From assembly GCA_944358455.1 (NCBI GenBank), contig CALVRE010000042.1, positions 299 through 64,298 of the forward strand: 64,000 bases of DNA, read 5' to 3'. Shown piece after piece: positions 38,300 through 46,340 of this stretch. Below the pieces are notes generated by a model. That model was not told the DNA's origin and did no database searches. It worked only from the letters and a program-made list of their open reading frames with translations. Both the position numbers and the translations under genes were made by a program. Numbering within the stretch: the stretch's first letter is position 1; every line of letters starts with the position of its first letter. The DNA comes from an uncultured Bacilli bacterium. Its GTDB lineage: Bacteria; Bacillota_I; Bacilli_A; RF39; UBA660.

Positions 38300-38822
38300 T
38301 TCCTTTTACGTTTTTTAACTCATCGATCGAATTAAAATTACCATTCTCTTGTCTATAATCGATAATTGCTTGTGCTTTTACTTCACCAATTCCTGGTAAC
38401 GTCAGCAACTCCTGTAATGTTGCTCGATTTAAAGAGATTTTGGTGTTTGTATTTTCAGCAGAAGGTTCATTCGTCTCGACATGATTTTGATCGATACAAC
38501 CATCATTTTCGATTGTGGGGCATATACATTCTTTTTCAATATATTTAATAGCTGTATTCCCTTCCTCAAACTGGCGGATTTCATCTTTTGTATAGATAAT
38601 AATTACCATTTCATCTTCTAAAAGCTTGCTTAAATTGATCATCGATGTATCCGCATCGACATTTAATCCTCCGCTTTTTTCAATTACATCTTGGACACGA
38701 CTTCCCGCCTCTAATTCATATAATCCTGGCTTTACAATAGCACCTTTGATGTCAACTTTGATGGTTGTTTGTTCATCTGTCGTAGGTTGCTCCACTGGTT
38801 TTACAGTTAGTTCCTCTTGCAC
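38253..38822 (-). CDS. comEA: ComEA DNA receptor (SLBB plus tandem HhH), missing its membrane anchor; the anchor lies upstream in the same frame (38871-38951) and is separated by an in-frame TGA
   Basis: The SLBB motif is IVKPGLYELEAGSRVQDVIEKSGG and the HhH motifs are LPGIGEVKAQAII and VKGIGDSTFEKL. The listed start is a GTG. The upstream fragment encodes MKIILSWWDQYRYKWYVLGIVVVFILS* and has the RBS AAGGAG. Confidence 0.75.
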   Translation of the reverse strand: MQEELTVKPVEQPTTDEQTTIKVDIKGAIVKPGLYELEAGSRVQDVIEKSGGLNVDADTSMINLSKLLEDEMVIIIYTKDEIRQFEEGNTAIKYIEKECICPTIENDGCIDQNHVETNEPSAENTNTKISLNRATLQELLTLPGIGEVKAQAIIDYRQENGNFNSIDELKNVKGIGDSTFEKLKDYITI

Positions 38823-39027
38823 AACCTCATCTTTTCTTTCTTCTTCCGGCCAAAGAAGAAAAACAACTCAGGATAAAATGAATACGACAACTATTCCTAA
38901 TACATACCACTTATAGCGATACTGATCCCACCATGATAAAATTATTTTCATATACTCCTTTCTATCATTTATCACCCTTCTACTAAAAATATACGCTCAT
39001 CGATCATCAATTCCTTTTTTCCATAAA

Positions 39028-39053
39028 AAAATTTATCACATTTGTGTGATAAA
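39028..39053 (-). terminator. Terminator-like 11-bp perfect inverted repeat after the SEDS gene
   Basis: AATTTATCACA-TTTG-TGTGATAAATT followed by a T-run on the minus strand. It could also serve as an operator upstream of comEA. Confidence 0.4.
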
Positions 39054-39054
39054 T

Positions 39055-40209
39055 TTAAATACGAATACGTTCTCGTTTGGTTTCAATATGAACACGTTGG
39101 ACGATCGCTAACGATACGATAAGGGAAAGTGCAAACGATCCACCATACGAAAGGAACGGCAGTGGAACACCGGTCAAAGGCATAATTCCAAATAACCCAC
39201 CCAAATTAATTAATATATGCATAAAGATATATATCGCAACTCCAAGTGCTAAATATTGTCCACGAATCGTTGTAGCATTCATGGAAATATCTAAAATTCT
39301 TTTTAAAATAAATATATAACCGATAAAAATAGGCGTTACAAATAATAATCCATATTCTTCTACGATAATAGAGAAAACGGAATCGGTATGAGCTTCTGGA
39401 ATATAAGAGTATTTTTGTTTACTCTTCCCTACTCCTAATCCCGTTAATCCACCACTATTAATCGCAATAAAACTATTACAGATCTGATACCCCCCGGTTT
39501 CATAGCGACTACATGGATCCCAGAAATTAAAGCGAGCAAGTTGGGCATCTGTTAAAATATAACCTTTGGTATTTAAAATTACCAGAATTCCAAAGGCAGC
39601 AACGATAATTAAAAAGATAACTGTCTTTAATTTTTCGATCCGTAAAATAGGGCTCGCTAGAAATAAAACACCAAATATTGCCAACAGAATTAACATACCA
39701 CCAAAATCTTTTTGTTCAAAAACGAAAATAGGAAACAATAGACCAACAAACAAAATAATACCAATCATATCATAATGATTGATCCCTTTCGTACGTAACT
39801 TTTTATAAAAAACATCAAATAAAAGGGCCAAACATACGATTAAAACCGGTTTTGCAAATTCACTTGGTTGAACACCAAAAATCCAGTTTTTCGCACCACG
39901 ATGGGATTCTCCACGGAATGTGAGCATTGCCAGTAAAAACGTAACGCCAATAAAACCAACGAAAGCAAACGTTTTCCATTTCTTCGTCGGAATACTTAAA
40001 ATAAAAAGAGAAACAAAAACACCTAACAATAAAATTTCCATCTGTTTAAAAAAATAATAATAAAGAGAAATATTATAAGAGACCGCTTCACTGGAAGAAG
40101 CAGTTACAATATTTAAAGTTCCAAATAAAAACAAGATAATCGTTACAACAAGTAAAGGTTTATCCATATCATTGATCGTATTCTTTAAACTTTTGATTAA
40201 TGGCTTCAT
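39055..40209 (-). CDS. SEDS-family peptidoglycan glycosyltransferase (FtsW/RodA/SpoVE)
   Basis: 384 aa with ten TM helices and typical SEDS motifs (GGS...LP, IPEAHTDSVF). Confidence 0.85.
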   Translation of the reverse strand: MKPLIKSLKNTINDMDKPLLVVTIILFLFGTLNIVTASSSEAVSYNISLYYYFFKQMEILLLGVFVSLFILSIPTKKWKTFAFVGFIGVTFLLAMLTFRGESHRGAKNWIFGVQPSEFAKPVLIVCLALLFDVFYKKLRTKGINHYDMIGIILFVGLLFPIFVFEQKDFGGMLILLAIFGVLFLASPILRIEKLKTVIFLIIVAAFGILVILNTKGYILTDAQLARFNFWDPCSRYETGGYQICNSFIAINSGGLTGLGVGKSKQKYSYIPEAHTDSVFSIIVEEYGLLFVTPIFIGYIFILKRILDISMNATTIRGQYLALGVAIYIFMHILINLGGLFGIMPLTGVPLPFLSYGGSFALSLIVSLAIVQRVHIETKRERIRI

Positions 40210-40353
40210 ATCATCACCTTATAATAATATGATAACATATTTTATATTTTTCGGACAACTAAATTTCTAAAATCAGAAAAAATAGGTATTGTTCATGCTC
40301 AAATTAGACATTTATTAATAAACTATATTAGAACTAGATAGGAGGTAATTAGT

Positions 40354-40518
40354 ATGTATTATTACGGTGGATACCAAGGCTATGGCTGTGGTGCTCCATG
40401 TGGTTGCAACGTTGGAGGCGGCTGTGGTGCTGGATACGGTGCTGCAATCATTTTAGTACTATTTATTTTATTAGTAATTGTAATCGGTGCTCGTGCATTT
40501 GGTTCAGGAGTTCGTTAA
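40354..40518 (+). CDS. YjcZ-family small sporulation protein (Gly/Tyr/Cys-rich plus one TM helix), 54 aa
   Basis: MYYYGGYQGYGCGAPCGCNVGGGCGAGYGAAIILVLFILLVIVIGARAFGSGVR, with the strong RBS AGGAGG. It is not in the ORF track because it is under 60 aa. Confidence 0.6.
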   Translation: MYYYGGYQGYGCGAPCGCNVGGGCGAGYGAAIILVLFILLVIVIGARAFGSGVR

Positions 40519-40600
40519 TAGCAAAAAGGAAGTTTTACTTCTTTTTTCTTTTCACTCCCTTCTCTTTCTTTTTTGGACATTTCGTGATAAAATAAGGACT

Positions 40601-41164
40601 ATGGAGTTGATGTCTATGTTTAAAAAATTAGATATATTAGATGAAAAAGATCCACACTTAAGAAAAATAAGTAAAGATGCGGCTTTTCCTCTTTCGAAAG
40701 AAGAGCGTAATTTAATCCAACGTGCGATCGATCATCTTACTTATAGTCAAATTGAAGAATACGAAAAGAAATATGATTTACGTCCTGGAATGGGACTTGC
40801 ATTCCCACAGATTGGAATCAATAAACGAATTATTATCATCGTTCACGAATATGAAGAAGGAAAATTCGATAATTATGTCGTCATCAATCCAAAAATTGTC
40901 AGTCATTCCACGGAAATGGTAGCTGCAGAAGCTGGTGAAGGATGTTTGAGTGTCAATCGTGAAGTAGAAGGACATGTTCCTCGTTTTGCTAGAGTGACAG
41001 TCGAGGGATATGACGAAGACGGGAATAAAATTCGCATTCGTGCAAGAGAAGAATTATCGATTGCTTTCCAACATGAATGTGATCACTTGGATGGTATTCT
41101 CTTCTTTGATCGTATCGATCCAAAGAAACCATTCTTTACGGAAAAAGAAATTCGTTTAATTTAG
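40601..41164 (+). CDS. def: Peptide deformylase
   Basis: GLAFPQIG, EGCLSV and QHECDHLDG (HExxH) motifs are present. The start is ambiguous among the ATGs at 40601, 40610 and 40616. Confidence 0.85.
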   Translation: MELMSMFKKLDILDEKDPHLRKISKDAAFPLSKEERNLIQRAIDHLTYSQIEEYEKKYDLRPGMGLAFPQIGINKRIIIIVHEYEEGKFDNYVVINPKIVSHSTEMVAAEAGEGCLSVNREVEGHVPRFARVTVEGYDEDGNKIRIRAREELSIAFQHECDHLDGILFFDRIDPKKPFFTEKEIRLI

Positions 41165-41172
41165 GAGGAACT

Positions 41173-43101
41173 ATGAAAACAAGTTATAAAGTTATTTTAC
41201 TTATCGTTGTGGCTTGCTTAAGTTCAATCGCTATTTTCTATTTTACTGATCGTGCGAATCCCATTGCAGAAGAAGTCGATATCCTTGCCTATCAACAAGA
41301 GCTAGAACAGACTTTTTATCCTACTAAAGACGATACTTTTGAAAATCCGCGAATCATTGTCAATCCATATGGCAATTCTCCACTAACGGCTCTTATCATC
41401 TTCCAAACAAAAGATTTGACGGCTCCAACCGTAGTCATTCATGGAAAAGATGAAAATACAACTTATACCAAAAAATTCACACCTAGCAAAGAACATATTT
41501 TGCCTATTTATGGATTATATGCCAATACAGACAATACAATCGAACTCACCGTCAACAATGAAACCAAAACTTTGACGATTACAACCGATCCTCTTCCAGA
41601 TGATTTTATATTACCTACTAGTGTTACTGCAAATAAGCAGTTATTAGGAAATGACTTATATTTTGTAACCCCATCTAGTAGTGGTTATACGGCTGCTTAC
41701 GATGTAAATGGTGATGTTCGTTGGTATTTAACTGACATGTATTTATGGGATATTCAAACTTTAAACAATGGGAATTTATTACTCAGTACCAATCGTCTTA
41801 TCAATCCACCCTACTATACAACTGGTTTAATGGAAATGGATTTTATGGGAAAAGTATATTTTGAATATTCTCTTCCAGGTGGTTACCATCATGATGTCTT
41901 TGAAATGGAAAATGGTAATTTTTTGATTGCTAGCAATGATTTTGCAAGCGGAACAGTCGAAGATTATATCGTCGAGATGGATCGTGATACCGGAGAAATT
42001 ATCAAAACATTCGATCTCAAAGATATTTTAAATATGGAGGATGGAAAAAACGAAAATTGGAGCGAATATGATTGGTTCCATAATAATGCGGTATGGTACG
42101 ATAAAGCAACCAATTCCATCACTTTATCTGGTCGTCATCAAGATGCTGTCATCAATATCGATTACAATTCCGGAGAACTTAATTGGATCGTTGGTGATCC
42201 GACTAATTGGAGCGAAGAATATCAGAAATATTTCTTTACACCTATTGGAGACAATTTTGAATGGCAATGGAGCCAACATGCTTCCATGATCTTACCAAAT
42301 GGTAATTTGTTTGTTTTTGATAATGGTAATAATCGTTCTAAAATAGAAGAAGAATATATAGATGCTGTAAACAACTATAGTCGTGGTGTGATCTACCACC
42401 TCGATACCGTCAACCACACCATTTCTCAAGTATGGGAATATGGAAAAAATCGTGGTAGTGACTTTTATTCACCTTATATTTCTGATGTCGACTATCTGAG
42501 CGAAAACCATTATTTAATTCATTCTGGAGGAATATCTTATCAAGATGGTATCGTTCAAAATCAACCAGCAGGCCTTACTGATGTAGATAGATTGAATTCC
42601 ATTACCGTCGAAATTTTAAATGATGAAGTCATTTTTGAAATGCAATTACCAGGTAATTTCTATCGTGCTGAAAAAATGAACTTTTATTCCGATAGTGAAT
42701 TTAGTTTAGGTGAAGGAAAACGTTTGGGAAACATGGGAATTACTTCTACTTCTAACTCAAAACCAATTCTTATATTTGCCAAACAAATCGATGATCATTA
42801 TAACAGTTATAACATCAGTGTCAAAAAAGAAGTCGATCGTCTAGTAGTAACCGGTACTTTTCAAAAAGATGATAAAGTTCAAGTTATTTTAGATAATACG
42901 TTCGATAAACGTGTATACGATGTGCGTATTTCAGAAAGACCTTATACTGCAATGTGTATTGATATTTTCAATGAAGAAGAAGATACAAATGGTATTACCG
43001 TTACCAAATATATCAACGATTTAGGAATTACTGGAAAATATTATCTCTACATTAAAATTAATAATACGATCTATGATTTAAATCAATATATTCTTTATTA
43101 A
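41173..43101 (+). CDS. Arylsulfotransferase (ASST)-like beta-propeller protein, secreted or membrane-anchored
   Basis: An N-terminal TM helix is followed by repeated HNN..W, NGNL.V.DNGNN and similar blades. Confidence 0.45.
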   Translation: MKTSYKVILLIVVACLSSIAIFYFTDRANPIAEEVDILAYQQELEQTFYPTKDDTFENPRIIVNPYGNSPLTALIIFQTKDLTAPTVVIHGKDENTTYTKKFTPSKEHILPIYGLYANTDNTIELTVNNETKTLTITTDPLPDDFILPTSVTANKQLLGNDLYFVTPSSSGYTAAYDVNGDVRWYLTDMYLWDIQTLNNGNLLLSTNRLINPPYYTTGLMEMDFMGKVYFEYSLPGGYHHDVFEMENGNFLIASNDFASGTVEDYIVEMDRDTGEIIKTFDLKDILNMEDGKNENWSEYDWFHNNAVWYDKATNSITLSGRHQDAVINIDYNSGELNWIVGDPTNWSEEYQKYFFTPIGDNFEWQWSQHASMILPNGNLFVFDNGNNRSKIEEEYIDAVNNYSRGVIYHLDTVNHTISQVWEYGKNRGSDFYSPYISDVDYLSENHYLIHSGGISYQDGIVQNQPAGLTDVDRLNSITVEILNDEVIFEMQLPGNFYRAEKMNFYSDSEFSLGEGKRLGNMGITSTSNSKPILIFAKQIDDHYNSYNISVKKEVDRLVVTGTFQKDDKVQVILDNTFDKRVYDVRISERPYTAMCIDIFNEEEDTNGITVTKYINDLGITGKYYLYIKINNTIYDLNQYILY

Positions 43102-43128
43102 AACAAAAAGCTATCAATGATAGCTTTT

Positions 43129-44505
43129 TTATATTTCATATGGACTATGATAAGTCCCATTTCCTCCCTTTATAGTTACTGTTGGAGAAATAACTAATAC
43201 AGGACGAATTCCATAAGTGGAAGATACACTATTGTAATCGGTCGTACTATCTCTTATTACATACCAAGAATATGAAGCGTTCACCTTGGTCAAGGTCCAA
43301 CTATAAGTCATACGATCAGAACCTGACACGGAGTCACTAGGTGCTGCATACATCTCACCAATTCGTATCGTTCCTACCTTCGATGAAAAGATATCGGTTC
43401 CAGTATCATCGAGTGCTATACTATAATGTTTCCCATAATCAAATGATCGTCCATGATTCCATGTTATCGCTGCCACTTTGGCTTGATTTGCAGCACTTAC
43501 TAACTCATTCAAAACACTTCCATCTTGCAAAGATGTTAACATATTACGATAATTCATAGCCTCTGATACATATCCATCTAATACCATCTTTGTGCCTTCC
43601 ATTGTTTTCTCCATCACTCGATAAAGTTTACCATCTAATTTTACATATTCTCCACTCGTTGCAATATTTCTAAGTATTATACTTCCTTTCGATTTTTCTA
43701 TTTGATATGGATCCGTTTTTGTTCCACTTCCACTTTCCATTATCAAATCAGATGAAATGGTAATGATCGGACGAATACCACCAGCTCCTATTACACTAAA
43801 AGTCGTAGCATTGGTATTGGCACGTCCACTCCAACCACGAGTCGTACTTGTATTAGGTGTTAAAGTATACCAAACATCGATTTCCGAATCTCTCAAATAA
43901 GAATTGCTCCCCGCCAAATTAAATTCATCTAGCGACATCAATATAATCATAGCATTGCCTTCCGAAGTACAAGTTGTCCTAGCAGAACTGGAATCATCAG
44001 TCACATCTTTACAGTAAGACGTCATTTGTAATTGATTCTGTAAACTACTTTCTAAATGTCGATAGAAATAATCATTTAACCATTCATAAGCATGACTTGT
44101 TTCAAAGACATTTGATGTATCATCATATGAAATTATCGTAATATTTCCTTCACTAATTAATCGTACATTCCCATTCTCATCTTTTCCCATTATACGATAT
44201 AAGTTTCCTGATAGCCAAATATAATTGTTATCTTGGGTATTTTTTAAATAAGTTCCATCCATATATGTATAAGTTTCACTACTTGCTAATAAATCATCGA
44301 CAATCGTTCCGATAGGACCAATACTACGATTGGCTAACGTATATAATTCATCAATTGCTCCTTGAATATCTATCTCTTCCGTTCCACTATTACTATTATC
44401 GTATCCTACTTCTATGGCATCATACAAGGTTGTCACGGCATAAGTCGTCGTACTTGTAAACAGTATCAAAACAACAATCAATCCTATGAATCTCCATTTC
44501 TTCAT
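43129..44505 (-). CDS. Secreted protein with two tandem copies of a ~200-aa domain ending G(I/V)RP(I/V)..IS...I..G.GT..(S/D)PY.I
   Basis: A signal peptide is present. The start was set at MKKWRF with RBS AGGAG. The internal duplication was seen by eye. Confidence 0.55.
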   Translation of the reverse strand: MKKWRFIGLIVVLILFTSTTTYAVTTLYDAIEVGYDNSNSGTEEIDIQGAIDELYTLANRSIGPIGTIVDDLLASSETYTYMDGTYLKNTQDNNYIWLSGNLYRIMGKDENGNVRLISEGNITIISYDDTSNVFETSHAYEWLNDYFYRHLESSLQNQLQMTSYCKDVTDDSSSARTTCTSEGNAMIILMSLDEFNLAGSNSYLRDSEIDVWYTLTPNTSTTRGWSGRANTNATTFSVIGAGGIRPIITISSDLIMESGSGTKTDPYQIEKSKGSIILRNIATSGEYVKLDGKLYRVMEKTMEGTKMVLDGYVSEAMNYRNMLTSLQDGSVLNELVSAANQAKVAAITWNHGRSFDYGKHYSIALDDTGTDIFSSKVGTIRIGEMYAAPSDSVSGSDRMTYSWTLTKVNASYSWYVIRDSTTDYNSVSSTYGIRPVLVISPTVTIKGGNGTYHSPYEI

Positions 44506-44637
44506 ATTGAACTCCTTCCAACAAAAAAAGAGGGGGTAAATATTTACCCCCCCCGTGTGCATACTGCACACTCATTTTATTATTTTATTCTGTTCTCATT
44601 TTAACAGATTTAGTTTCTCTTTGCAAGTATTTTATCA

Positions 44638-45330
44638 TTATTCATATTTCCATAGTTCAATTCGATAATCATTCTTTTTCGTTTTTCCAAGTATTTTATG
44701 AAAACGATACTTTCCATATTTTCTTACCGAAAAGACATCTTGCTCTTTTAAGATCTTACTTCCATTTTTTAGATTTTCATAATTTAAATATATTTCTTTG
44801 TTATTGATTTTTTCCAACACTTTACTTCTACTCATAGAAAGCGCTTTGGCAATAATAGCGTCGCTTCTTAAACTAGGAACTTTTAATTCTAAATAATGGT
44901 ACTTTCTTTGATAACCGTTTAAAATATTTAAATCTACTGGTTCTATGTGGACTTTCTCTCTACCAATTTGATCCAATTGATATTGTATGAGATTGGCAAT
45001 TTGAGATAATACGACGACATAACTATTTTCTCCTACAATAATATCTCCAAACATATGGGAATCGATTCCTAGCGCAAATAGAGAGCCTAAAATAGAACGA
45101 TGTTCCAATGGATGATGAGAAGTAATTTTTAATAAAGTAATATCGGGCATATCGTTAGTATAAAAAATGACTTTATCGCAATCTTCATAAAGGGAAAAAC
45201 ATTGATACGTTCGTTCTGAAGTTTTAAAGTGTTGTTCGATTAACTTTTGTTCTTTGGGATCCAAAAAGAAAGTAGCTTTTCCTACTCTTAATTTTTGTAC
45301 ACTGTTTTTTATAAATATTTCGTCTTTCAT
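44638..45330 (-). CDS. ylmH: YlmH-like S4-domain RNA-binding protein
   Basis: HRSILGSLFALGIDSHMFGDII is similar to B. subtilis YlmH HRQVLGSLMSIGLKREKFGDIL. A C-terminal S4 domain is present. Confidence 0.6.
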   Translation of the reverse strand: MKDEIFIKNSVQKLRVGKATFFLDPKEQKLIEQHFKTSERTYQCFSLYEDCDKVIFYTNDMPDITLLKITSHHPLEHRSILGSLFALGIDSHMFGDIIVGENSYVVVLSQIANLIQYQLDQIGREKVHIEPVDLNILNGYQRKYHYLELKVPSLRSDAIIAKALSMSRSKVLEKINNKEIYLNYENLKNGSKILKEQDVFSVRKYGKYRFHKILGKTKKNDYRIELWKYE

Positions 45331-45378
45331 AAGATCCCTCGTTTTTATTATACTATAATGGCAAGAAAAAAAGAAAAC

Positions 45379-46296
45379 TCAACGATTTCTTTTTTGTAAT
45401 GTTTTTGGTTTTTCTTCATCACTTACTCTTTTTTCAAAGCTTTGTAACAAATGTCGATAATAATCTTTTTCTAATTGTTGTTTTTCATCGTTCGAGACAT
45501 TTTTAATCGATTCTTCATATTGATTTTTTATTTCCGAATCAATTAGACTAACCGCCGTATCAGGATTAAAATTATGATATAATGTTTGACAAAAATTAGA
45601 ATCCTGCTTAGCAGATAAGAGTAATTCATTCAAAGTCGAATAATCTTCTGGTGCATGAATTTTTAAAAAATTAGCAATTCCATCATCCTGAAATCCTAAT
45701 TCTTTTAATGTTTTCGTCAACGCTTCTAAATCATACAATATTTTTAGATCCATTTTGGGACTACATTCTATATCTGCTTCTAGTATTTCTTCTTTCGGCT
45801 GTGAACATTCTAATAAACTAGCATTTTGATAATCACGTAAACGTTCGTGAAAAAAAGTATGTGTTTCAAGCATCGTTTGATCGTAAAACTCTTTGGTTTT
45901 CGTATGGAAATTAATACGATTCAGTTCCAAAAGCATATTACTGATGTCTTCATGATAAGAAAGTGTTTGTTCCTTCGTTAAATTAGAGGAACGAAAATCA
46001 CGTAACATATACTCGATCATAACAGAAATATCATCTAATAAATTCAAATCTTGATAGCAAGTATCAATTATCGTTTCTTTTTCTATTTTACTGATTGCAA
46101 TAATCATGGTTACTGCTATAATTTGAAGAATTAAATTAGAACTCATCCATAATATTCCAAAAGGAATTGCAACTGCGGCTAGACAACTTATGATAGTATT
46201 TATGATAATTTTAATTTTAGATCGCTCTACTTTTTTTAGATAATTGGACCAATTAGCAATAAAAATATCTTTCATCATACTAAACACCTTTTTCAA
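45379..46296 (-). CDS. Hypothetical protein (two N-terminal TM helices plus cytoplasmic domain)
   Basis: ORF only. It lies immediately downstream of smc. Confidence 0.45.
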   Translation of the reverse strand: MKKVFSMMKDIFIANWSNYLKKVERSKIKIIINTIISCLAAVAIPFGILWMSSNLILQIIAVTMIIAISKIEKETIIDTCYQDLNLLDDISVMIEYMLRDFRSSNLTKEQTLSYHEDISNMLLELNRINFHTKTKEFYDQTMLETHTFFHERLRDYQNASLLECSQPKEEILEADIECSPKMDLKILYDLEALTKTLKELGFQDDGIANFLKIHAPEDYSTLNELLLSAKQDSNFCQTLYHNFNPDTAVSLIDSEIKNQYEESIKNVSNDEKQQLEKDYYRHLLQSFEKRVSDEEKPKTLQKRNR

Positions 46297-46340
46297 TAAT
46301 CAGCTTGTATTCTAACATTTTTTATATTGTTTGTCAAAAA

